The notes under the pieces are model-generated. The model saw only the letters and a list, made by a program, of their open reading frames with translations, ran no database searches and was not told where the DNA came from. Of a stretch of DNA of 64,000 nt, positions 39,561 to 52,800 are shown in pieces. The stretch lies in contig CM052832.1 in NCBI GenBank assembly GCA_028534125.1, positions 21,826,001 through 21,890,000 on the forward strand. Reading direction: 5' to 3'. Position 1 is the first letter of the stretch. Every line of letters starts with the position of its first letter. The DNA is from Lama glama (taxonomy: Eukaryota). A program made the translations under genes and the position numbers.

Positions 39561-40119
39561 CCCACAGTACAGTCCTGCTATTTTCAAATATTCTCAAAAC
39601 TGAATACCACAGAAACTTTCCACAGTTTTCAAAGTTTAAATTAACACCATAATGAACCATATATGTGCATTTGTGCATTAAATATACTCCTGAAAATATG
39701 TGTAAAAACTAATTAAATAACATTATGCTTTCAAACTTACTGCCATTATATTCTTCCCTCCAAAAAAGTTGTAACCCAAAACATAAAAAAACTTTTATTT
39801 TATTAATTTTTACTATTACATCACGTTTTTACTAACTTTATTACTTCATGTTTTCCTGTAAACTATTATTATAATCTTGCCTAGAAATAGCTTACAGTCA
39901 ATGACATAATAAAATCAGAAGCCAGTTGTAGTCCTAGACATTATAAAATTTTCATTTCATTCAAATGGAACAATAGCTCTATAAAATACCTGCAAAATCA
40001 TGAAAAAGCCATATAAATTTTGAAAATCAATCACATGTCTAATTCTCTTTGTTTTCATCAAAAATAACAGAGTGCATAAAAGAGCTGTTTTTTTCTTGTT
40101 TGGCCAAAACCATCTACAC

Positions 40120-40338
40120 CAAGAGTCAGCACATTTTTTTCTGTAAAGTGCCAGATAATAAATATTTTAGAATTTTCGGACCACATGGCCTCTGTCACAA
40201 CTTCTCAACTCTGCCCTTGGGATGCAAAACTAGCCACAGACAGCATGTTACCTAATGCAACTCTATTCCAATAAAACTTTATTACAAAATGAGGCAGCAA
40301 GCTAATTCGTCCTATTAGCCACAGTTTCCCCACCACTG
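40120..40338 (+). mobile_element. MER58A-like hAT-Charlie MITE
   Basis: gagtcagcac...ttctgtaaagtgccagataataaatattttag...ttccaataaaactttatt...cacagttt. Confidence 0.88.
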
Positions 40339-41789
40339 GCCCATACCACTCTTTTTACAGTAACTTTATTTAACAAACCTCAGAACAAACCAATGTACTA
40401 GAAAGGCATGTGTGAAGTCACCTGACAACTGAAGTCTATTTTTCAATGTTTCATGTATTTTAGTAGTGAGGTTCTTAGATGAATGAAACTCAACTCTTTC
40501 CCAGTTCTCCTCTCTCCTTCTAATTAGAAACAAAGAAAAAGCATATTTATTCCATAGACTCTGTATCCTAGGAGTTAAAACACCAAGAGCAGAGGGGTAT
40601 CAAAGACAGGGAAGAAAAGGACCATCTCTTCTCTCCTTTCTAAGAAAGAAAAACTTTAATCTCCAGGGTCCTCCTACCTCCTCCTGTCCACCCTGTAACT
40701 GACCTCAGTGCCATCGGTCCTTCTTAAGTCACCCCCAAGGCGTTACACCATGACCTGCCCTAACTCTCCATATTACTAGAGCATTAAAAATGCCTACAGG
40801 CCTTTTCTAATTAAACTCTCACCCTTCAACAAAGCTGACTCCTACTAAAAACAAGGTTAAAAACTAGCTGATCAAACAAAATCATACCAGTATGTGAATT
40901 AAAGGACTAGTAATCATTCAGAGAACCCCCACCTACACCAAGTGCCTGGGATATTTACTTTAGTAAGGGTGACTAAGGGGAACATTACTCAAAATTCTAA
41001 AGGGTATACATCTCATAACAGTGAAAAGCAAACGAAACAAACAAACAAAAAATGCAGGCATTACCTAGAATTAAAGGGAAAGAGCGTGGAGAGAACAGAG
41101 CACAAGACAAACCAAAACGAACTGGGTCAAGGCTCCACAAATTTCTCCTAAAAACTGTCCTTTCTCTTCAGGTTTGTCCTCCTTTAAATCCACACATCTT
41201 CCAGACTCAAGGTCATCACTGTGTCTGTAGGCAGGTAAAAGAACTGAATAAACAACAGGGATGATAAGGACTAGAGCAAACCAGAGAGTGGAAAGGGGGA
41301 AGCTGCTACTCCGTCCGGCCAACTGCAGCCGTGCAGGCCCACTGCCACATCATCAGTTTTTCCAAGAAAGCCAGAAATAACAGAAACACAAATGTGAAAT
41401 TGCCAAAATTTTGGAATACTGTACAAGCCGGAGAAAACTCATCCAGGGGTTAGACTGGGCCCACGAGTCACCAGCTTGAGCAGAATCCTGACCTTTCCCA
41501 ACTGCAGTTCTTGGGGCAACAACATGGCGTGTGGAGGGAGTGGGCAGCAATTCACAGATCAACAAAGCCAGCAATTTTAGGGTTGGGAACTGCCTAGTGG
41601 AACCTAAAGGTGATAAAACCTCATTAAAAATCTGCATCTGCATTATTTTCTATGACGGTCTGGAAAAATACAACTCAGGTAAGTCCCAAAATATAAAGTA
41701 TTAAGACTGCTTTAATTATAAAATAATTAAAAGTCAAATGTGCTCATAAGACTAAAAATCAAGATTTTTTTTAATAGAACGGAAAACAA

Positions 41790-41866
41790 ATTTTTTTTAA
41801 ATTTAAGTTCAGTGAATTACAATGTGTCAATTTCTTGTATACAGCACAATGTCCCAGTCATTCAAT
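41790..41866 (-). mobile_element. Very short L1 3' end, antisense
   Basis: T tract then aattacaatgtgtcaatttcttgtatacagcacaatgtcccagtcat. Confidence 0.8.
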
Positions 41867-41889
41867 ATGTTATAGAAATAGGTAACATA

Positions 41890-42537
41890 GACTTACCATA
41901 GATCCAGCAATCCCACTCCTGGGCATATATGCAGAAGGAGCTCTTATTCAACAAGATACATGCACCCCAATGTCCATAGCAGCATTATTTACAATAGCCA
42001 AGACATGGAAGCAACTTAAGTGTCCAATGACAGATGACTGGATAAAGAACACACACATACAATAGAATACTACTCAGCAATAAAAAAAGAATGAAATAAT
42101 GCCATTTGCAGCAACATGGATGGACCTGGAGATCATCATTCGAAGTGAAGTAAGCCAGAAAGAGAAAGAAAAATACTATATGATATCGCTTACACGTGGG
42201 ATCTTAAAAAAAAAAAAAAAAGACAAATGAACATCTTTACAAAACAAAAACAGACATAGAAAACAAATCATGGTTACTAGGGGGTAAAGGGGTGAGAAGG
42301 GAAAAACTGGGAGTTTGAGATTTACATATACTAACTACTATATATAAAATAGATAAACAAGTTTCTACTTACAGCACAGGGAGCTATATTCAGTATCTTA
42401 TAGTAACTTATAATGAAAAAGAATATGAAAAGGAATATATGCATGTATATGTATGACTGAAATATTATGCTATTGCTATTATGCTATTATACCAGAAATT
42501 GACACATTATAGAGTGACTATCCTTCAATTTAAAAAA
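41890..42537 (+). mobile_element. 5'-truncated camelid-type L1 (older subfamily than the 9.4 kb copy)
   Basis: gacttaccatagatccagcaatcccactcctggg ORF2 end with indels, internal A tract, 3' UTR and A tail; TSD agaaatag(gt/ac)aacata at 41874-41889 and 42538-42553. Confidence 0.93.
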
Positions 42538-44599
42538 AGAAATAGACAACATAAAAAGTTTTTAAAAAGCCAGACTATCCTTCTCAGATATAACTGCTGT
42601 ATACTACTGGGTGTTGAGTGATTTATTTCAGTCAACACGGAAGTCAGTTTAAAAACTCATCTATAAAAATTTCCTCTAGCCCTAAAGTTGAACAAAAGAT
42701 GACTCAGTGGACAGTTTTCTTTCTCCATATTCTGTATATGTTTCTCTCTTTGCAGCTTATAGCCAGCCTCAATGGAATCTTGTTGTAGCAGAAGGTGAAC
42801 TTCGTACCATAAAACAAATCTGAGCTTGCCATGAAATTTAAGGCTACTTAACTCAGGTCAGACCCGTCACAGGTCAGGCCTGCCAGCTGCTGTGCAACTT
42901 CTGTTCTAGTTTCTGCCCAGGCCTGTAATTATTTACAGTTTTGCACCTGTCAAAATCTTGAAACAATAACTTTCCTTGTTTCTCAGGGTTTACAGACAGT
43001 TAAATGTATTGAGTTTCAAAACTGAACACTTAAGGCACATATGTTAAAAGGGGTCATTGTCATTAAGTTTTTTAAACTTTTTTTTAACAGAAATAAAATA
43101 GAAGTGAGGTAGAAAACAAATCAGGATTTGATGGTTAATAAATAAATATTAAAGTAGCTAGCCTCACTCTTTATGAATAAAGAAATTACCCATGAGTTGT
43201 TTAAAAAAATACAAATACTTAATCCAAAAATATCAGAATTTAGAAATACAAAGGATGAACACATTTTTAACATGTGGTCTGGAAGACATGTATTTTAAAA
43301 TACTGAGGATAAATAATACAACCATATAATAAACCATAACCATCATATTAAAGCTTAACTCTCTCTCTTACTACTGTTGAGTACACAGTTGGGGAGAGGG
43401 GCTATTTGTTAAATCAACAGACAAGTAAAATTAGAATACTTAGTAAATCAAAAAAAGGAAAGGTAAATAATACCGAAAGTGGTTCCCTGGACTACCCTTG
43501 ACCACTCAGGAAGAGATATAAATGGTAAATCTCAGTACAGCTGATACTGCAACTGAGCAAGAAGGGGAGTTCTGGCTGGCCAAGCTTTTATGCATTCTCC
43601 TAAGTTATGCAACTCTAACCAGAAGGTGTGTATTTCTTTAAGAAATCAGCAGCACTAAGTAAACAGGGTGCATCTGGTGAACACATGTCCATGTACAGGT
43701 AAACACATGATTTTAGTAATTACTTCCAACACCATCTGTCAAGCAGGTAGTTCAAAACCTACTCAACAGGAAAGGCAGTTTAAAGTAATGTTTAAGCAAG
43801 TACACTTCTCATCCACCTAAATAAAAGCAAAGATCAAAATACAAACCTAGAAACCTGTCTGCTCTGTCCTGAATGTATCCCAGGCAGAAGCAGGCAGGTT
43901 GATTCTTGTAACTAAAAAAGATGATAATCCGACATTGGTTTGAGAAATAACATGAATCTGATTAATTATCCTCAAAAGAAATTTTCTTATGATTAAAAAT
44001 GGCAGTAATTTATTCGTCACTAATCAATAACTAACAAGACTAGTCTCTGTAATACATTAAAATGTGTCACCTGTCTGCATAACCACCTCACCACTAATTA
44101 AGGGATAAACTACTCTGGTGACAAATCCTTTGAAATGTTTCTCAACATCATTAACTCAGCTTGAAAAACATAAACCCTAATGCAAAAGAACAAAGGGCAA
44201 GAAAAAACTTCACAGCAAAGGGAAAAAAATCCAACTAAGAATTTTTCTGACTTGAAAAAATTCGTTATTTGAGAGACTTTTTAAAAATTATTACAGTTGT
44301 GCCTTGATATATATCTACCTATATACCACTGGCCTTTTCATTTCTCTGATTTGTATCAGATAAGCATTAAAATAAAGTAAATGCTACCAACTTCCAAACA
44401 TCCAACATGATGCATGGCAGGAATACCAAGGGCTGAATTCCCCCAGATAAGTTTAAATTTTTCTTTTAGATTTAGTGCCCTCGCCTTATCTTTACCACCA
44501 TTTTTACCATGGCAAAACTAACTGATTTAAATTCCACCTTCTGTTGTCCCCGTCTCTCCACTCTAAGCTTAAAATATTAAAAATAAAACTGCTCAGTAT

Positions 44600-45030
44600 G
44601 TATCCTAATGTGATATAATAAGTGGCACGTCACTTCTGTGAGCTTCCTCTCAAAAACCTATGACCACTCTCAAAATATGAGAAAAACATCAGATAAACCC
44701 ACACTGAAGGACATTCTACGGAACAGTACTTTTTAGAACTGTCAAAAACAAGGACAGTCTGAGAAACTGTTTAGAGACTAAGAAGACATGACAATTAAAT
44801 GCGATCTTGGAGAAATCCTGGAACAGACAAAGGACACTGGGGGAAAACTAGTGAAATCTGAATGAAGCATGGTGTTTAATTAACACTAATGTACCAATGT
44901 TACTTTCTCAGTTGTGAAAAAAAAAAAGCACCACAGTAAAGTAAGAAATTAACAGTAAGTTAACTGAGTATACAGGAACTCTCTACCTTTGCAATGTTTC
45001 CGTAAATGTAAAATTGGTCTAAAATTTTGT
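44600..45030 (+). mobile_element. Old L1MC/MD-like 3' UTR fragment
   Basis: atgagaaaaacatcagataaacccacactgaaggacattctac...aatgtaccaatgttactttc...ggaactctct. Confidence 0.8.
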
Positions 45031-46074
45031 TCAGTGGGGATTTTGAATGTTCATTATTCATTCAACCAACATTTACTCAGCAGTCACTGTGTTACAGCCA
45101 CACACAATGCAGTGCACTGGAGACCCCACTGTGAGACGAGTACCATGTGAACACACACTGGAAAACCACAAAACTGGGACTGAAATCAACCACTAGCAGG
45201 AAATGATTAAAAGGAGGTGGGTATGAAACGAGGGTCTCACTGATGTAACGCATGCAAATTATTATCTGCTGTTACAATGTCTGTCCATTAATTTAAAATA
45301 CTTCAGCATAAAGAATGTGGCTTCTGTAGTTCAAACCCGGAGTCTAAGGGCATTCAGTTGCTCTAGTCAAGAATGCAAATCCCAGGGCACTGTAAGCAGA
45401 ATCCCAGCTTCAGAGACAGCTACCGTAAATACATCTATCATCAATATCTCAAGTAACAACAGAGGGTTTGCTAATTAATTGGTATATTAAATGTCAGAAA
45501 TGAGTTTTTATTGGTAAAAATAGTAGCTTGTTGACTTGCAGGATTCTTGCTACAAATAGGTTTTCACTTATTGAAAGTAATGAGATACAACACATGCAGA
45601 CTGACTAAACAATTCAGAGACAAGACACACTTCTGAATCAGCAGGGCAAAAGAACTCATGAGGCACGTAGACTTTACCCTTAGAGACAGCTTCCCAAACT
45701 TAATCTCTAGAAGGTTCTGTGTCCAGTCACGGGTTTAGGAGGATTTCTTGCTGTCTGATGTTGAACATAAAGGTAACTAAATCCTATTTCTAAAATGTCA
45801 CTGTGTCTGCCTAAATGAACCTTTCAAAGTGCTGGTCAAGGCACCTAAAAGAACAGAGATCTGAACCTTCAATCTGTCTTATGGAACAAACTGTGTTAAC
45901 TGTTTTGAGCTTGTCTCACTAATGGACGATTAATACGTATCTTGGGAAGAATACGGTGTGAGACTTGTAGAGAAGCAGCTCCCCTGCCTTAAACTTGTTT
46001 GGCAAAAAATAGGTGTTATGAGTGACAAAGATGACATGCGTCAGTTCACTACAGAGCTTAGAGAAAGACTTGTC

Positions 46075-46250
46075 ATCCATGTAGGTTCTAACTTGACATC
46101 CATGTATGGTCTTCCAAAAATCCCACTGAAATTGTATGAAAATTTTTCACATGGCTGTGAATGTGCTACTTTTCCATAGGGGGAGAAGGTGCTTAGCTTT
46201 TACCAGGTAATTAAAATGGGCTGTGACTCACAATCATTGAGAACCATAAA
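46075..46250 (+). mobile_element. MER103-like hAT-Charlie fragment
   Basis: ggggagaaggtgcttagcttttaccag...gggctgtgactcac...ttgagaacca. Confidence 0.55.
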
Positions 46251-46468
46251 GCCCTGAGACAACAGTCAACCAATGTTCTTTTCCATTGAAATTAGTTTTC
46301 TCTTAACTGACACAATTTATACTTGCCCCCAAACAAGTGGTCTTCTCATTCAATCTAAATAAATACCACATACCTTTCAAAAACAAAATTTTCACTATTA
46401 GGGTATACAATTCACCTGACGTTTCAAAGCAGAAATCAAAACTTTCTTCAAGAACCTGTTATTTTATG

Positions 46469-46769
46469 TATGGAAAACAGTATGGAGATTCCTCAAAAAA
46501 CTAAAAATAGACTTACCATATGATCCAGCGGAACCCCACTTCTGGGCATATATCCGGAGGGAACTCTTATTTAACAAGATACATGCACCCCAACTTTCAT
46601 AGCAGCGCTATATACAATAGCCAAGACATGGAAACAACCTAAATGTCCATGGACAGATGACTGGATAAAGAAGTTGTGGTATATTTATACAATGGAACAC
46701 TACTCAGCCATAAAATGACAACCTAATGCCATTGCAGCAACATGGATGTTCCTGGCGAATGTCATTCTA
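46469..46769 (+). mobile_element. Internal L1 ORF2 fragment, truncated at both ends, no poly(A)
   Basis: tatggaaaacagtatggagattcctcaaaaaactaaaaatagacttacc...gaatgtcattcta; aligns by eye with 9392-9693; direct repeat tatgtat at both junctions. Confidence 0.93.
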
Positions 46770-47261
46770 TGTATTAGCTTTAGAGAGACAACCAAAGGAA
46801 AGGGTCTTTGCTAAAAGGCAGTCTTTTACTTTTTGTTTCCCAAGGATAGATTTTATTTCCTTCACTAATTTCAGATGCCCTTAGCTCCCTGATTTCTTAA
46901 AGAATTCAGTCTAAACTTAAATATCTTTGGAGACTTGGAGACTAAGTAAAGCCTGAGTAACTTGAAATTCTTCCTATTTTGTGTAAGTAGAACACTGCTG
47001 CCACTGAGGGCTGTAAAAAATACGGGAAGAACTCTTCCATTTTTAGGTAACATCTCAGGATCAGTTTTTTATTAAAAGGAAAAAGGTCCAACATTTCTAG
47101 GGTCTTCCCATGTTTCACCCTCTTGCTTCTGGCTGGCCAGTCACTGTGGAAGGCCTCTGGGGCCACAGCTAAGAGAAGAGATGCAAATTTAACCGGTGAC
47201 TTAACCATACATTCAAGAAATATAGCAGTGGCTTTTTCAGATCTTTTTTTAAAATTTCAAT

Positions 47262-47522
47262 GAATCCCCTTATATGAGGTGGCTGAAACAGTTAAATTCA
47301 TAAAGACAGAAAACAGAACAGTGGTTACCAGGGACTAGGCGGAGGGGAGTCAGGGGAGTTACTGTTGAATGGGTACAGAGTTTCAGTTTGGGAAGATGAA
47401 AAGGTTCTGGACATGGATGGTTACATAGCAATGTCAATGTATTTAATGCCACTGAACTGTACACTTAAAAGTGTTTAAAATGGTACATTTTATATTATGT
47501 ATATTTTACCACAATTTAAAAA
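47262..47522 (+). mobile_element. L1MB-type 3' end
   Basis: aaattcataaagacagaaa...aatgggtacagagtttcagtttgggaagatgaaaaggttctgga...aatgccactgaactgtacacttaaaa. Confidence 0.92.
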
Positions 47523-48065
47523 TATATGGTATCAATGAAAACCAGGATGGCTGCACACAGCATCTTGCAGAATGGGTAGTAACCCCATGCCCAGAGAAAA
47601 GGTAGACAAAAGATGATACAAGGGCCAGAAACAGATATCAAGAAACTAGGTGGCAACTGAACTAGCAGGTACAGGGAAACCAAAGCCCCCAAGTAGTGTA
47701 GAAATACGACCCCCTCCAATTATAACCCGACATCTGGGCTCATCTCTGAAAGGGAAGACTGTGTACTCGGGAACATCTGGATGGACCTATAACCTGAACA
47801 CTCCTAGAGGATGGTTTTTGTAACAAGCACTTCTACCAAGACATAGAGTTCCTGGCTGGTGGACCCAACGTCCTAGACAGCTTTGTAGAAACAACTCTGG
47901 ATAGGCCTATTAGTATCACATTTTGTCTAGAAACATGAGAACATCCAGTTCTGAAGGCACTAAACAACTTGATTTTTCCCCCTAGAAAGACACAGTCCTA
48001 AAAAACATGTACTGTATCTATTTTTTTCAAAATTACTAACTGGAAAAGCAGCAGCTGTGCATTAT

Positions 48066-48127
48066 ATTTTCTACTTTTTCACTACATTTTCACTACATTT
48101 TTCACTACATTTTCTACTTTTTCACTA
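48066..48127. repeat. Imperfect tandem repeat, unit tttt(t)cactaca, about 5-6 copies
   Basis: Direct reading of the sequence. Confidence 0.85.
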
Positions 48128-49206
48128 GAGGCGAGAAGCAGTGACAAAGGCCTTCACTTTGGTTTTCATGTGTTTCAGTCTATGAAGTGAGACACACTTC
48201 ATTACTATCATGAGCTGTAAGCACAAAGACAGAAAGGACTTCTTTAGCCCTGGCATCCAGGCAGCTAAGGTTTCTGTTACCTCTGCTGAGTTGATGCTTC
48301 ATAACAAAATTAATATAAATATGCAGAACAGGCAAAAGATGTGGACAGAGAACCCTTTCTGCACGACTCAGAGACTGACATCCTGATGCACAGGGAGAGA
48401 TGTCCATCCTCATCCTCCTGTGGAATTGAAGGGGTACTTCCTGCACCCAGAGCAGAAAACTGGGACTCCTATGAATGTAGCTGGCAAGTTCTCAAGAAGA
48501 CTTGTGCCAAGTATGACAATCACAAGTTAATTAAATTAGAACGTTTCTGAGTTAAGCAACCCCAAGTTCAAGTATAACTAGCTCTCATAAAAAGCTTTTA
48601 GTATTAGGTTTCCACCGTCCACATTACATGGAGGATACATGACAAGAGAAGGCCAAAGTACTCCTGGGCTCCTGGCCTTCGGGGCAGTCACAGGCCGGGA
48701 AGTAAGGCTGCCGTTTGGTGTAGTACTAGGTGCACATTAATATGAACTACATCAACCAAAAAACTAAGTACAGAACATCTGTCCCTGGAAGCAACACTTC
48801 TGTCTGGAAAGATGATTCAGTCATCTGTCCTGTTCTTCAATCCATGCTTCTGGGAAAGAAGACAGTGACTGTTTTTCCTCTTAATAAAAAACACACAAAA
48901 AGTTCAAACAGCTAACAGTTCAAAAAGTTTAGTCTCAAAGGGATCTGAGTGATCTGGAACTGAGTAACAAAAATTACCTTATCTCAACTGGGTAAATTAT
49001 CAGAAATGGTTACTATTTCTGACTAACCAGAAAAGCCAATAAATATTTACACACTTGTAATATTTGTCAAGGAAATGAGAATGGAGGAAGAAAAGTGAGA
49101 GGCTGTCTGAGAATTGAAAGGGGCACCCTCCAAGAGGCTGAGACCTGATCCCTTCCAAGCTCTGGCTCTCTCTTCACTTCCCAGCACTGTGTACAGCTCC
49201 TGTCTT

Positions 49207-49347
49207 CTTTCTTTCTATTTATCTATTTATCTATCTATTAAAGTATAGTCAGTTTACAACGCTGTGTCAATTTCTGGTGTACAGCATGTTTCAGTCATAC
49301 AGATACATACATATCTTCCTTTTCATATTCTTTTCATTATGGGCTAC
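49207..49347 (-). mobile_element. Short camelid-type L1 3' end with tail decayed to (TCTA/TTTA)n
   Basis: aagtatagtcagtttacaacgctgtgtcaatttctggtgtacagca...ttcatattcttttcattat. Confidence 0.9.
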
Positions 49348-51479
49348 TTCCCATCTTAATTGTGACCCCTCAAAACACTGGTTTTCCAAATTTACTCAGA
49401 AAGTTAGATTATTCTTTCTTATGTTTAGGGCTGCTAAAACGAAACCCAACAACTACAACTAAAAACAAAGCCTCAAAAAATAATTTATCCTACAGGAAAA
49501 TATGCAAAAATGATCATTACTATCAATTCTCACAGTTGATAAGTCCCCATCAGCAAGCTTTCTACAATGGTTTCACTTTAGGTTTCATGATTTTTGAACC
49601 ACATGGACAATGAAATTTCAGAGTTCCCAAAAATAACTATAACCTCTCTGTGACCTAGACAGAAATTCTGCGGAATACTAACTTAAAGAGGCTGGGATGG
49701 TTTCAAGCATCATAAATGAACATTTAAGAGAAGTAAAGATGAAGAAAACCAGAGACAAATGACTATCATTGCACCTCTTTATTAGCTGTAGACAGAATTC
49801 ACAAGAGCTCATGATGTTTGGGGCTCCAAACAGAAAGCTGCCTAAAACAGTTATAAAACTCCACGTGAACTCTGAGGTTAAATAACAAATTGAGAATACT
49901 TCTATACCAGCCATCTCTAAAGTCTTCCATCATTTTGACATTTTTAAATTCAGTATAAAATTCTGGCAAAGAAATAGTGAGAATTGTCCTCGACCTCATG
50001 CCCTTCATATGTACTCTATTAAGCCTGATTTACTCAGAGGGGGAAAAAAATCCAAACAAAAGAACTCTTAATAGGTAGATCGTAATCTTATGTAAATGTC
50101 CCATGTCCTAGTATTAACAAGCAAAAGCGTTATTCCCATACAACAAATCTCATAATTCACAATCCTGTAAGATTTAGAAACTGCATGCCATGAAAATTTA
50201 GTTAGAAATAAAAAACTTCTGCGTATACCACCCTAATTTACATATATTTATTAAGTATATACTTGTCTTACAGTACAAGTTGATTGTGTACTTTCCAAAA
50301 GATAGATGGAAATAGAAATTTTTAAAGAACAAGATAAAAATGAAATTTTTAGTCTTCTCTTTCCACCCAATGCATTTTTTTAATCTACCCCAGGGATACG
50401 TGTACCCCATTTTTGAGGTAACTATAAGAAAAGACAAAAACTCAACTGAGGCACATAATGAGCTGTCTTTACACCGCCCTGGAGTCCACCGTGAATTATG
50501 AAAGCAATGATGCCTGGATACCTTCTCCAGCTCAGGATAGCTGCCTTCTGCCCTTTCTGTCTCTATTATCATCATCTCCCTCAGAAGATCCAGGGCAAGA
50601 GAAGAGGCGAAACCACAAGCACAGAGGCCACTGCTTAAGAGCACTATTAAGGAAGTTTAATGAAACTCAGATTAAATTAAGTGTGTATGTCTGTTCTGCC
50701 AGCTCTGACTTTCCCTTAGCCTGGTACTCTTGCTCCCCTTGCCTCAGACCATTATGCGGAGTGAGCTGTATGATCAATCACCTTCTCCAGCACCACCAAG
50801 CAGAAGGCAGGCTGGCCCCACCACGCCATCTGCACACGCACCTGCTCTCAGCAGCACTGGCTGCTCGGGGTCTGCTGGTCCAGAGATGCCCTAGCCAAGA
50901 GGGCACAACTGTGCACTCATATTTTCCACAGGAACTAGTCCAAAGATTGAGGAAGAAAAGCTGGAGAGAGACAAAGACCAGAGACAGGACAATGAATGGC
51001 AGCTTACAAATGAGAGCCACAAAGCCTCTTGGTGGGGGAAGTCATAAAGCATCTCACCCACAGTTCCTAAAGAATTTCAAAGTCATTACAGCCTACTCCC
51101 TTGAGTATTTCCTACTTTTAAAAAAATCTAGTAACATAGTGTTTGTTGCATGAAATATATGCTTCATTTTATTTGAAAAGTATACTCATCATTATTTTAG
51201 AGCAAAATAATTATCATAACATATTATAATCTCAGGTTCCTTTTTCTGTATACTGATCAAAGTATTCAGGCAGACCATGGTGGGTACAGAGGAATATAAT
51301 TAAATGAACTCACATCAGATCTGCAAAGCCTTCTCTCAGGGCTTGAATGTTACATTTATTCCTGATTATAGTTTTCATAAGCATGGTAAAGCAGTTCTAA
51401 CTTTAAGAGTTCTCTTACAGCTGATTCTCAAAGACTCTCATATGAGCATACTTGAAAAACATTAAGTCTATACTAAAAA

Positions 51480-52170
51480 AATTAAAAGTAAATGGTAACT
51501 AACCCAAATATATGTAAAAATGTTCAATTCCATTCATAATCAACAAAACGCCTATAAAAACAAGGAACTATAATCTCAATTGCTTTTAAATTAGCCAAGC
51601 CAAAACTGGTAATTCTGCAAACACAGGAGGGAGAAGTGTCTCTCTCCCTGCTGGATGAGTGCCTAACTGATACACTTTTTCTAGACAATAATGTGACAAG
51701 ACATATGTAGAGTTTTTGAAATGCTCATTTTCAGACCCAAAATTCCACCTTCACAAATCTAATCTACATAAAAAAAAATAACATCCAGAAATAAGCACAA
51801 GGACTTACACCCAAAGAAGTTCATTTATTTGATGGTTATGATACATCTGTTGCAGTGTATGGCAAATTGGATAAAATCTAAGCACTCAGCCAAACAATGT
51901 ACATAAATTATAGTATATCCATAAAATGAAATATTACATAGCCACTTAAAATTAATATTATATCAAGTGATAAGCTTAAATGTTCTTTTAAAAGTGGGAT
52001 ACAAAAATAACACAAGACAATTACATCTACATAAAAGGAAAACCAATACAGAAAAAAGACTGGAAAGTCATACAGCAGCGTGTTAACCATGGTAACCACT
52101 GCAGAAGAGTATACAGGTGACTTTTAAATTTCATTTTCCAAATGCAAGCTACCTGTTTTATAATGGGGAA
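51480..52170 (+). mobile_element. Old L1ME-like ORF2 end and 3' UTR
   Basis: aaaaatgttcaattccattcataatca...agaaaaaagactggaaagtcatacagcagcgtgttaacc. Confidence 0.7.
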
Positions 52171-52631
52171 GAAAAATAGTTTAAAAGTCTGTGGATCAAC
52201 AACCAATGCTATTTCTGAAAATCAGCTATTTATTTTTAACACTAAGACCAACTTTATGAAACATAAGCCTTATGTAATAAAAACAGAATTCCTTATTCAA
52301 TTCTGAATGATTGAGATAAATTAGCGTCTATGGCTCTGAAAATCAGTATCATAATATAAACTTTTAATAATCAATGACAAAGAAAACACCACTTATCCCC
52401 AGGTAGAATTACACAATAGTCATAAAACGGACCTTATGGCTTTTTCCCATCACTGCCGTCCCCTAAAAATCGCTGTATGAGAGATGAAAGAACTATTCTA
52501 TTAACTCCAACTTTGAAGAGCATAAGACACTATCCATAAGCAACTTCCTGCTAACAAATAAATCTCTAAGTTTAAATAAAACCAGGAATTGTCAACCAAA
52601 TGCTTGTTTAACTTTTAACATCTTCTAAACA

Positions 52632-52800
52632 TTGTAGGGTCTTTGGAGTCAGACAGACCCAGGGTAAAAGCCAACTCCATCACTTTCTGGCTATGTCAAC
52701 CAGGGGGCAAGATACTTAACCCCTCTAAACATACTTGTGCCCTCAAGTTTAAATAAGATTAAATAAGACGAAGTATACAGATGTGCCTCACCCACTACTC
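52632..52800 (+). mobile_element. MIR SINE
   Basis: ctttggagtcagacagacccaggg...gggcaagatacttaacccctct. Confidence 0.8.

Noticed and set aside
48066..48127. Short direct repeats as a CRISPR-like array
   Set aside because: No unique spacers and a mammalian context; simple slippage repeat.
50458..51153. Longest ORF (231 aa) and overlapping antisense ORFs
   Set aside because: No recognisable domain or homology, no supporting promoter or splice structure, composition typical of non-coding DNA. A BLASTP or PhyloCSF hit would overturn this.
52082..52096. RFX X-box-like gttaaccatggtaac
   Set aside because: Falls in the standard L1ME 3' UTR motif; no independent support.
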